The translations under genes were made by a program, and so were the position numbers. A DNA stretch of 64,000 bases, from the NCBI RefSeq assembly GCF_036365525.1, contig NC_090393.1:54886488-54950487 (forward strand). The letters run 5' to 3'. This document shows, piece by piece, positions 25,342-36,708 of the stretch; position 1 is the stretch's first letter, and every line of letters starts with the position of its first letter. The stretch comes from Heterodontus francisci (taxonomy: Eukaryota). The notes under the pieces are model-generated. The model saw nothing but the letters and a program-made list of their open reading frames with translations. It had not been told where the DNA came from and did not search any database.

Positions 25342-27131
25342 GATAAAAACAAGAAATGCTGGAACCACTCAGCAGGTCTGGCAGCATCTGTGGAAAGAGA
25401 AACAGAGTTAACGTTTCGGGTCAGTGACCCTTCATCAGAACTGACAAATATTAGAAAAGTCACAGGTTATAAGCAAGTGAGGTGGGGGTGGGGCAAGAGA
25501 TAACAAAGGAGGTCCAGATTGGACCAGGCCACATAGCTGACCAAAAGGTCACGGAGAAAAGGCAAACAATATGTTAATGGTGTGTTGAAAGACAAAGCAT
25601 TAGTACAGATTAGGTGTAAATACACTGAATATTGAACAGCAGCAAGTGCAAACCTGAAAAAAAACAGTGGGTAAGCAAACTGAACAAATTAAGATGAAAT
25701 GAAATAAATGCAAAAAAGATTGTAAAAAATGTAAAAAAAGAATGTTAAAAAAAGGAAGAAAAAATAACTAAAAATGAAAGTAAAATGGGGGGCTGTCATG
25801 ATCTGAAATTATTGAACTCAATGTTTAGTCCGGCAGGCTGTAGTGTGTCTAATCGGTAAATGAAATGCTGTTCCTCGAGCTTGCGTTGATGTTCACTGGA
25901 ACACTGCAGCAATCCCAGGACAGAGATGTGAGCATGAGAGCAGGGGGGAGTGTTGAAATGGCAAGCAACCGGAAGCTCAGGGTCCTGCTTTTGGACTGAG
26001 CGGAGATGTTCCGCAAAGCGGTCACCCAGTCTGTGCTTAGTCTCCCCAATGTAGAGGAGACCACACTGTGAGCAGCGAATACAGTATACTACATTGAAAG
26101 AAGTACAAGTAAATTGCTGCTTCACCTGAAAGGAGTGTTTGGGGCCTGGGATAGTGAGGAGAGAGGAGGTAAATGGGCAGGTATTACACCTCCTGCGATT
26201 GCAGGGGAAGGTGCCCTGGGACGGGGACGAGGTGGTGGGGGTAATGGAGGAGTGGACCAGGGTGTCGCGGAGGGAACAATCCCTTCGGAATGCTGACAGG
26301 GGAAGGGAGGGGAGGATGCAACTGGTAGTGGCATCACGCTGGAGGTGGCGGAAATGGCGGAGTATGATCCTTTGGATATGGAGGCTGGTGGGGTGAAAAG
26401 TGAGGACAAGGGGAACCCTGTCACAGTTCTGGGAGGGTGGGGAAGGGGTGAGGGTAGAGGTGCGGGGAATGGGTTGGACACGGTTGAGGGCCCTGTCAAC
26501 CACAGTGGGGGGAAATCCTCGGTTGAGGTAAAAGGAGGTCATATCAGAAGCACCGCCATGGAAGGTAGCATCATCAGAGCAGATGCGTCGGAGACAGAGA
26601 AACTGGGAGAATGGAATGGAGTCCTTACTGGAGGTAGAGTATGAAGAAGTGTAGTCGAGATAGCTGTGGGAGTCGGTGGGCTTATAATGGATATTAGTAG
26701 ACAACCTATCCCCAGAGATGGAGACAGAGAAGTCGAGGAAGGGAAGGGAAGTGTCAGATTTGGACCATGTAAAGGTGAGAGAAGGGTGGAAATTGGAAGC
26801 AAAGTTGATAAAGTTTTCCAGTTCGGGGCGGGAGCAGGAAACGGCACCGATACAGTCATCAATGTACCTGAAAAAGAGTTGGGGGAGGGGGCCTGAGTAG
26901 GACTGGAACAAAGAATGCTCGACATATCCCACAAAAAGGCAGGCATAACTAGGACCCATGCGGGTACCCATAGCAACACCTTTTACTTGAAGGAAGAGCA
27001 TGGAGTTGAAGGAGCAGTTGTTCAATGTGAGAACAAGTTCAGCCAGGTGGAGGAGGGTGGTGGTGGATGGGGACTTGTTGGGCCTCTGTTCCAGGAAGAA
27101 GCGGGGAGCCCTCAAACCGTCCTGGTGGGGC
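25342..27131 (-). mobile_element. Penelope-like retroelement, 5'-truncated (RT plus GIY-YIG)
   Basis: ORF 25796-27130 with GVAMGTRMGP, RYIDD, FLD, and GIY-YIG VVYCIRC..CGLLYIGET..RFAEH; 3' UTR with intact hammerhead motif. Confidence 0.95.
25406..25442 (-). ncRNA. Minimal type I hammerhead ribozyme motif (best copy)
   Basis: AGUU-CUGAUGA-A-GGGUC ACU GACCC-GAAA-CGUU-AACU: stem I AGUU/AACU, stem II GGGUC/GACCC, palindromic AACGUU in place of stem III. Confidence 0.75.
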
Positions 27132-27560
27132 GTACTCCCATTTGAAAACAAACAAACTTATTAGCGAGAGACAGCATGGTTTTGTAAAGGGGACATCGTG
27201 TCTCACTAATTTGATTGAGCTTTTTGAGGAAGTGACGAAGATGATTATGAAGGAAGGGCAGTGGATGTTATCTATATGGACTTTAGTAAAGCCTTTGACA
27301 AGGTCCCGCATGGCAGACTGGTACAAAAGGTGAAGTCACATGGGATCAGAGGTGAGCTGGCAAGATGGATGCAGAACTGGCTCGGTCATAGAAGACAGAG
27401 GGTATCAGTGGATGGGTGTTTTTCTGAATGGAGGGCTATGACTAGTGGTGTTCCACAGGGATCAGTGCTGGGACCTTTGCTGTTTGTAGCATATATAAAT
27501 GAGTTGGAGGAAAATGTAGCTGATCTGATTAGTAAGTTTCCGGATGACACAAAGGTTGGT
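27132..27560 (+). mobile_element. CR1 RT fragment (same subfamily as 3181-5117)
   Basis: Near-identical to about 3789-4217. Confidence 0.9.
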
Positions 27561-27734
27561 GCTGTTGGTGCAGCGGTCCATGGAGGCCCAAATAATGCTG
27601 CTAGGTCGGTTCAGAACCTATTGGATTTCACACAGTGGCAGTGCCACACAACATGATGGAGGGTGTCCTCAATGCGAAGGCGGGACTTCGTCTCCACAAG
27701 GACTGTGCAGTAATCATTATAACTGTGGCTTCCT

Positions 27735-28057
27735 GGACCATTTCAGTGGGCAGTTAAGAATCAACACCACTGCAGTGGGTCTGGACTAACATATAGACTA
27801 GCCCCAGTAAGTTCAACAGATTTTCTTCCCTAAAATGCATTAATGAACCAAATGAATTTTTACAACATTCCAATAGTTTCATAGTTACCATTACTGATAC
27901 TAGTTTTGTATTCTTAATGTATTTATTGAATTGAATTTAAATTCCCCAGCTGCTGTAGGGGGTCGCGGGGTGATGGGCTGTTGAATTTATGTTACAGGAT
28001 CCTTAGTCCAAACTTCAGGATTACTAGTCTACTAACATAACCACGATGCTACTGTTC
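27735..28057 (-). mobile_element. tRNA-derived SINE, second family, decayed
   Basis: Homologous to 43340-43716 and 56765-57090. Confidence 0.7.
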
Positions 28058-29469
28058 CCATAAATGGCATGCAGATTGCAAGAAATGAATCTCAGTTGTC
28101 TAAATATTTAACTTTAAAATCGTTTTAGATCTAATTAATTGCCCAGAATATTTATATTCTTACATTTGCCCCTTGGTTTAATCACATTGGACCTCCATCC
28201 CCTCTGCAAATAAATTCCCACTCTCGCCAAATTTCCATTGCTTCTCTGTATAACAAGCCATTTCATTTAATGGTTTCTCCCAGCTCTGTGCCCACAACTC
28301 TGTGTGCAGCAGATATTCTTCGCATATATATCTTTTAAAAACAGCCTAGTTTTAACTGGTCAGTCAATAGCCACAACAATTAACACCTAGCCAGGTACCC
28401 ACATACAGCTGATTGACTGTTAACTGTTAACTGCCACTGAATTTCAGTTTTAAAGTCAAACTTTAAAGTAAGTATTTGAAATTTGAGCTCGATAAAACTC
28501 ACTCTCTGTCTGTTAACCCACTATTTATCACACTTCTGAAATTCACATTACCACTCTGTTTAGCAAGCTACTGAGTTTAGTAGATTATAGGAACATAGGT
28601 ACATAGGAATGAAGGAACACAATTACGCCATTTAACCCCTCGAGATTGCTTCATTTTTCAATGATATCATGGCTGATCTGCTGCCCCTGCACTGTCGCAG
28701 TTGGGGCACCCTGTTGAGGTGCCCCCACTGGCACTGCAGTACTGAGGGCAATCACCACAGGCAGCTCAGCCTCATCCACACACAAGTGAGCTGCCTGCCT
28801 CCGCCTCAGACTCTTTTACAGGGGGAGAACCCCATAGGCGTGGCCAGGAATGGAGGCCTCCACATCAGTAATCTTACAGTTTGGCTCACTTGGGTGACAC
28901 TTATTATACTTTTAAGATGTTAGACTGATCCAATGTACTGCAATGATCAATCAATGATACATAAAATCACATTCATTGCCTGCCGGTCAGTGTGCTGCTC
29001 ATGCATCCACTCAGTGTGATGCGGCATATGGCTTTCCAAGAGTTTGTCCACTCTCTCAGTGGATGTGCACATACACTAATAAGCCTGAGACATGGACTCC
29101 TTCATTCTCTGCCGATGACTCCACAAAGCCTCTTGGAATTCTAACATTTGAGCACACATGTCCCACTCTTGCTCAAGGAAGAGACGCTTTGTGTAAGACA
29201 GCCAAGGCTCGTCATCTCTGTCTATCTGAGCATAGTTGTGTCTGTCCTCCATCCTTCAAGGGGGAATTCCCACAGCTGCCTTTGCCTCCTTCACCTCCTC
29301 TGTGATTTGACACTCACCCTGTGCCACCCATTCTTTGTGCACTTGAGGTTCTACTGAGGTGATTGTGTCTGTGCTGGTGGAGGGTGTGCTTGATTCGTGT
29401 GATGGTGCACCATGCTCGCTTCTGCTTTCTCTCCAGATGACACTAGCCCTGTTGCTCTGGCCTGCATTC

Positions 29470-30861
29470 CCTCCCCCTCCCCATGTGTCTCTGTTGTCCT
29501 GTATGCATTTTTAACTACTTTCATATCCCGCCCTGCCATCTTCAACAATTTGTTACCCCCAGGTCTTTCTGCTCCTGCATCCCCTTTAAAATTGTACCAT
29601 TTATTTTATATTGCCTTTCCTCATTCCTTCTACCAAAATGTATCACTTCATACTTCTCTGCATTAAATTTCATTTCCACGTGTCTGCTCATTGCACCATT
29701 GCAGCATGTATTTTTTGAAGTCTGTCACTATCCTCCTCACTGTTCACAATACTTCCAATTTTTGTGTAATCTACAAATTTTGAAGTTGTGCCTTGTACAC
29801 CCAAGTCTCAGTCATTGATGTATATCAAGAAAAGCAGTAGTGGTAGCATGGTCCCTGGGAACTCAACTGTATACATTCTTCCAATCTGAAAAACAACTGG
29901 TTACCACCACTCTCTGTTTCCTGCCATTCAGCCATCTTTGTATCCATGCTGCTACTGTCCCTTTTATTCCATGGGCAAATTTTCTGGCAAGCCTATTATG
30001 TGGCACTTTATCAACCCCTTTGGGGAGTTTATGTACACCATATTAAACACGTTACGCCCATCAACCTTTTCCCTTACTTCATCAAATAACTCAATTACGT
30101 TAGTTAAACATGATTTGCCTTTTTAAAAAAACCTGTGCTGGTTTTCCTTAATTACTCCACACTTGTCCAAAAGACTATTAATTTTGTCCCAGATTGAAAT
30201 CCTCTAAAATCTTTCCCACCAGTGAGATTAAACTGACTGACCTGTAGTTGCTGTCCTTACATCCTTTTTAAAACAAGGGTGTAGTATTTGCAATTCTCCA
30301 GTCCTCTGGCATCACCCCTGTATCTAAGGAGGATTGCAAGTTTATGGCTACTGCCTTTGCAATTTCCACCCTTACTTTCCTCAGTATCCTCAGATCGATG
30401 CCATCCAGTCCTGGTGACTTATCAACTTTAGCCTTTCTAGCCTTTTGACTACCTCATCTTTAACAATTTTTAGCCCTCCAGAGTCTCCACTACTCTTCTT
30501 TCACAATGACTGCAGCAGCATCTTCTTCCTTGGTAAAGCATTAATTTAGTACCTCAGCCTTGCCCTCTTCCTCAATGCGTACATCCCCTTTTTTGTCACT
30601 TGTCAGCCCCACCCCTCCTCTTACCTTTTTCTATTTATATGTCTATAGAAGACTTTTGGGTTCCCTTTTCTGTTGGCTGCGAATCTCTTCTCATACTCTC
30701 CTTTTGCCTCTCTTATTTCCTTTTGCACTTCCCCTTGATCTTTCTATATTCAGCCCGGTTCTCACTTGCATTATCAACCTGACATCTATCATATGCTACC
30801 TTTTTCTGTTTCATCTTACTCTCTATCTCTTTCATCATCCAGGGAGTTCCAGCTTTGGTTG
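29470..30861 (-). mobile_element. Decayed CR1 fragment (resumes 33466-33530)
   Basis: Reverse-strand RT remnants; interrupted by a PLE with a target-site duplication. Confidence 0.8.
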
Positions 30862-33465
30862 AAATAAAAATAGAAAGTGCTGGAAATACTCAGCAGGTCA
30901 GGCAGCATCTGTGGAGAGAGAATCAGAGTTAACATTTCAGGTCCGTGACCTTTAATCTGAACAGTCATAGACCTGTCTACTAATATTCATTATAAGCCCA
31001 CCGACTCCCGTGGCTGCCTTGACTAGCCTTCCTCACGCCCTGTTTCCTGTATGGTCTTCATCCCATTCTCCCAGTTTCTCCATCTCCAACGCATCTGTTG
31101 TGATGATGCAACCTTCCACAACAGCGCTTCTGACATGTCTTCCTTTTTCCTCAACCGAGGATTTCCCCCCCCCCCCCCCTTCACCCCACGCTCCACATCA
31201 CCACACCCCCCCCCCCACTCCACATACCCCCCAACACCCACCCACCCCCCAACTGTGGTCGACAGGCCCCTCAACCATGTCCGACCTATTTCCTGCACTT
31301 CTGCCCTTCACCCCTTCCCCTCCCTCCCAGAACTGCAATAGGGTTCCCTTGTCCTCACTTTCCACCCCACCAGCCTCTACATCCAAATGATCATCCTCTG
31401 CCATTTTCGACACTTCCAGCTTGATGCCACCACCAAACACATCTTCCCCTCCCCTCCCCTCCCCTGTCAGCACTTTAAAGGGACTATTTGCTCTACGACA
31501 CTCTGGTCCACTCCTCCATCACCCCTGACACCTCATCCCTTTTCCACAGCACCTTCCCATGCAATCGCAGGAGGTGTAATACTTGCCCTTTTACCTCCTA
31601 TCTCCTCACTATTCAAGGCCCCAAACACTCCTTCCAGGTGAAGCAGCGATTTACTTGTACTTCCTTCAATTTGCAGAACACTTCCACTCAGTCTGAAAGC
31701 ATGACCCCGAGCTTCCAGTTGCTTGCCATTTCAACACCCCTCCCTGCTCTCATGCCCACATTTCTGTCTTTGGCCTGCTCCAGTGTTCAAGTGAACATCA
31801 ATGCAAGCTCAATGGGCAACACCTGATCATTCAATTAGGCACTCTACAGCCTTGCGGACTCAACCCTGAGTTCAGCAATTCCAGAGCATGACTGGCCTTT
31901 TCTTTATACTTTTCTTTTTATTATTATTTTATTTTATTTTTAACCATTTGCCTGTTTTTTCATGTGGACAGAGCTTCTCAGTAGTCTTCCATTAACACTC
32001 TCTCGACTAATGCTTTGTCTTTCTCACAAGTATTAATATGCTCTTTGTCTTTCTCCCATGACAGCTTTGTTATTTAATCTCTCCAGCCCTCTGCCCTATC
32101 ACACACCTTCACTTTTGTTCTCTTCCCGAACTACACTCACCCCTCCCCCACCCCCGCCCCACTCACTTGCTTAAAACCTAATTCTTTTCTAACCATTGCT
32201 AGTTCTGATGAAAGGACACAGACCTGAAACGTTAACTCTGCTTCTCTCTCCACAGATGCTGCCTGACCTGCTGAGTATTTCCAGCACTTCCTGTTTTTAT
32301 TTCAGATTTCCAACATCTGCAGTATTTTGCTTTCAGTTTAGTGTTTAATTCGCTGCCATTTCTCTTCCAGGAATGCCTACCATGAAGAAGTTCTGCTCTT
32401 CCCTTCAACAGAATTTCTATTTGTCTCTTTTACCTTGTTCATCTTCATTGCTTTCTATTTTCCTACTGGTGTATGATAAGATGTCTACCAAAACTTGTTT
32501 CTGCAACCACATCTCCTTCCTCAGCAACTGTCTCTGGCTCCAACTTATTCCACGTGGATTCCAACTGAAATTCCGTCCTTCATGTTTTGAATCCACCCAG
32601 GATTACAGATATCTCCAAGAAATACAACTTTCCTGGGTCTATTACTCTCACCGCATCCTGAGATCAACACTCAGTGCCATGTGCTGCCATATGTACACAC
32701 TAGACATCTCTCTCCAGAAGCACCACCTCACCTTATCTCAAAGCTGTTCTGCTCCACTGTTTCATTTCATTCTTCGTCTTATCTGACACATTAACACAAA
32801 ACTCTTTCTCCTTCTTTCAGGTGTGAAGGAATGCAAGCTCCAGCAGCTCATGGGGACTAATGCTCCTCCAGATCATTCTTCCCCTTCACTTCCCTCTAAC
32901 CCCATCCCTTCTCCTAATCTTCCCCCTTGCCCTGTATTCACAATACCCTCTGACCTTCCTATCTCCAATGCTGAATGATCTGTACTTAACAAAGGATTCA
33001 GTTTTATTCCCTTATGCCCCCACCTCAATGAATTTCACTCTTGGCATGACGTTGAGCTGTTCTTCCATCGTCTTCACCTCCAGGCTCACTCCTTTGGCCA
33101 GGAGTCCTCACCCCCGCCCTGACCAGCGGACACTTTCACTCGCCTCCAGTATTCTCCCTCCACCCGGACCCCTCCCTCTGGCCTGTCACCCACTCTTCAT
33201 CTTTTCATTAAGAACTGTCGGCGTGACATCGGCCGTCTCAATTTCTCGGTTCCCCTCGTTCACTCTAACCTGTCTCCCTCAGAACTTGCTGCACTCCGTT
33301 CTCTCAAGTCTAATCCCAACATTGTGATCATAAGTTCTGATGAAAGGGCAGACCTGAAATGGTAACTCTGCTTTTCTCTCCACAGATGCTGCCAGACCTG
33401 CTGAGTATTTCCAGCACTTTCTGATTTTATTTCAGATCTCCAGCATCTGCAGTACTTTGCTTTTA
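30862..33465 (+). mobile_element. Penelope-like element, partial-tandem structure with inverted 5' segment
   Basis: Inverted pLTR piece 30862-30962; RT-thumb/GIY-YIG remnant about 30975-31890; pLTR with hammerhead 32201; further ORF-like region 32373-33325; second hammerhead 33333; TSD TTCYRGCTTTGGTTG at 30847-30861 and 33466-33480. Confidence 0.85.
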
Positions 33466-34194
33466 TTCTGGCTTTGGTTGTCTTAGTTTCCCCCTTCGTA
33501 GGAATGCACCTCAATTTACCAAACTATCTCATGTTTTAAAAAAACGCGAATGCTCAATATTCACTATTTTAGCTTGGTTATTCGGTCACATCACACCGAA
33601 CTGGGCCAACATACGACTTAGAACGAAAATAACGTTCTATATTATTATTAGTTGTCCCTTTAAAAACAAATCTGTTACAAATGTAGTACCACTGTAGAAC
33701 TCTTGTGTTTGGAACATAATATCAACTGATAGTAAAATCTGCTCAATAATCCCACCAGACTCCAGATATTTCAATGTCAGAATGTACAGCTAAACTCGGG
33801 ATGATGCAGAGAGACTATACAAACTGTGATAATTGAGGTTGGCCACGTCACTTGTCTGACTACTCGCAGTTTCAGCCTCCAAATTATAATGTAAAGAAAG
33901 CAAGGCGAAGTTGTAAGTTCCAAGGCAAACCTTTCAGAATTGCAATAGATTGTTCAACCGACCCGGGAATAACCTGTGAGACGCGCCGATGTAGATGAAA
34001 CCATGCCTCGATGCCAGGAACAATGGTAGTGGCACAGCCTCCACTCCCATGACTGAAAAAATAATGCTTCAGCCCTTTCTTCGGTGCTTTACAATACATA
34101 AACCATTATACCAAGGGATTGCATTAACAGCTGATGCTTGTAATTGGTCATTTAAAAGACAGGCGATTGTGAGAGTCCGGTTTCAATCTTCTTA

Positions 34195-34291
34195 ATCTGA
34201 AGAAGGGTCACTGACCTGAAATGTTAACTCTGCTTGTCTCTGCACAGAAGCTGCCAGACCTGCTGAGTATTTCCAGCATTTCTTGTTTTTA
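34195..34291 (+). mobile_element. 97-bp PLE-derived hammerhead mini-element
   Basis: CTGAAGAAGGGTCACTGACCTGAAATGTTAACT...; perfect direct repeat TTTCAATCTTCTTA at 34181-34194 and 34292-34305. Confidence 0.85.
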
Positions 34292-34364
34292 TTTCAATCT
34301 TCTTATACCGTGTTGCATATTGTTGTTACTATCATGGGAAATTGTCTATTTTATAAGAAAAAGT

Positions 34365-35380
34365 ACGAATTTACATTGATTTGAGCCACCCACGATCTCA
34401 GGCCATCTCAACACTCTTCACAGCCAATTCAGTACTTTTAAAGTATAACAACCCTTGTAATGTAAGAAACGCAGCAGCCTATTGAAGCAGCAGCAAAGGG
34501 ATAATGATCAGTTTTAGCGACGTTGGTGAGGGATAAATATTGGTCAGGACATTTTTGGCTTTGTTACTTGCATATTGAGGTTATTATTGAGATATTATAC
34601 GATCTAAATATAATTGTTTACAATAACAGACGTTATTTGTTGGAAGCGGTTTCTCTTCAGCGAGGATGTATCACTTGTGACACGCTGACCACAGAGATTT
34701 CTCCAACAGCGTATTTCGAATATGATAGAATAGTCTTCTCAAATTTTAAACAATGTAGTCACCGTCAGTCATGGCGGGAAATCCTGTGCCAAAGAGGACG
34801 CGAGAAGAGCGGCTGTGGCTGTGATTGTAAATCCAAATAACAATTCAATATTTACCACTTCCGTGCAAAATTGGAGACAGGAGCAAACAACCGAGATTAA
34901 CAATGACTTGATTAGAATACTTTAAATATTACATAATCGTTGCTGTCCGCATTTGTTCCAATGTTTATCTAAATTCTGATTTAATGCTTTTTACGTTTAT
35001 TTTAAATCCTCAGTTCCTGGGACATTGTCCACGACAGACTGCGTCAAGCCGGCATATTTGAACATAATGCTATGTCCATGACATTTTTTTTGTTTTGTTT
35101 TTATTATTTTCTGATCCTATTATTTCCTTTAGATTGAACTTCATTTTAAGAATTAAACTTCCCTTTGAAGAATTTTTATCTGTTCCCTTCTATGGGGGAA
35201 AAGTAGGAACATCCTAACTTATACATTTCTGGAAACTTGGGCCTCATTCATTGTACAACTGGCACTAATAAAAAAAAATCGACATTTATATAACGCTTTT
35301 TGAGGCCACTGGACGTCTCAAAGTGCTTTACAGCCAATGAGGTACTTTTTGAAGAGTACTCACTGTTGTAATGTAGGAAA
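34365..35380 (-). mobile_element. Two DeuSINE/L2-tail relics (34365-34555, 35280-35380)
   Basis: Shared ...CAGCCAAT..GTACTTTT..TTGTAATGTA.GAAA; minus-strand GTAAAGCACTTTGAGACGTCC..TATATAAATG tail. Confidence 0.55.
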
Positions 35381-36371
35381 TCTAATCAGGTTCCGTTCTG
35401 TTCGGTTTCCTTAAAAACTGATATCCAATGTTTCAACGTTGACCCGTGTTGGTGGCTAACTTTATTCGACACAAGCAAGATTTGACACATTACAATATCT
35501 GAACAGTAGTTTTCAAAGTATAATTCAGAGCTACATTACTCGGTTTATGCCTTGGTTAGAGGCCCCGACGAAAAATGCTTGTCCTGATGGTCTCTTGAAT
35601 TGCCTCAATTTTCTCGGAAGTCCTCTACACCTCTTGTACGTTCAGAGCAAACCGCCCGCCCTCCTCCGACCTCGCCTCCTTCGCCCACCAACATCCCCCC
35701 ACCCCCCAAAATACCCTTTGCTATAATTGAATGAGTGACATTTAGTCATTTCCAATCATTGGTTCGCACCCATCTTTTCATTGTTGAATTAAAGAAATGT
35801 CACCCACACCACGTCCCTATTTGGTCAGGTTTCGAGTTTATGTCTCTCTGACATCACTCATTTTGACTGTTGGGCTGTTATCAGTGCAGTTGCCGTGACA
35901 CAACTGAACATACCTCCACACTGACGAGATTTGACGTCCTTGATCACAATCAAATTGGTTAGGTTACCTGCCGATTCTTGGTTCCCATAGGAACATTGCT
36001 GCCTCTGCGAGCTATCCTATTCTTTCTTCTGCTAGTAGTGTACTTTCAACAATTTTAGTCAGGTTACTCAGAATAGTTTTCTTTATTTGCCTTGCTGCGC
36101 TTTCTAACCCTGTCAAGTTTGCTTCCTGACCAGCAGTAAAAGTTAGCAATGGTGTAAGGCACTATAGCATATACATGTTTCGATTAAACATTTAATCTTA
36201 TTAAGCAATTAACAAACAAGAAGATCCTCAGGTAATCCCATCAATTATGCTAAATTCCTCATAGCTTTCTAAAGTGACACCAAATTCTAAAAAATTTGAA
36301 AAAAGTAAGATAGCTATACACACTTTTATTATAGTTGAGATTAAATCTTTCATTTGTTTCTGCTTTGTCAG

Positions 36372-36667
36372 ACCTACTAGTTCCCTTGGTGCCTATCCTT
36401 TTGCCTTCATCGGATCAAACCACAGAAAAGAACACGGCGACCTTGCTATGTTTGGTGAGCAGTTCTAACCCGGGAGCTGTGGAGATTGAGTAGACTGTAG
36501 ATGGGAGCGTGAGTGGGAATGGTGTTGAGACCAGTCGGATCCAGCAGGAGACGGACAACATGTTCAAAATGAGCAGTTATCTGACTCTGCCAGCCTCAGA
36601 GTGGAACTCACACGAGCTTTACACCTGTGTGCTTCAAACAAGCATTGCGAGATCCACCTGTATCGGA
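36372..36667 (+). pseudogene. Orphan Ig light chain C pseudo-exon
   Basis: Collinear with 19600-19922; acceptor TTTGTCAG retained; TGG>TAG at 36491-36493; 27-nt deletion removing VKHETQANP; stop TGA>GGA; no V or J recognised upstream. Confidence 0.93.
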
Positions 36668-36708
36668 TACAAGACCATTATGTAATGATCTGTTATACCA
36701 CCGGTAAA

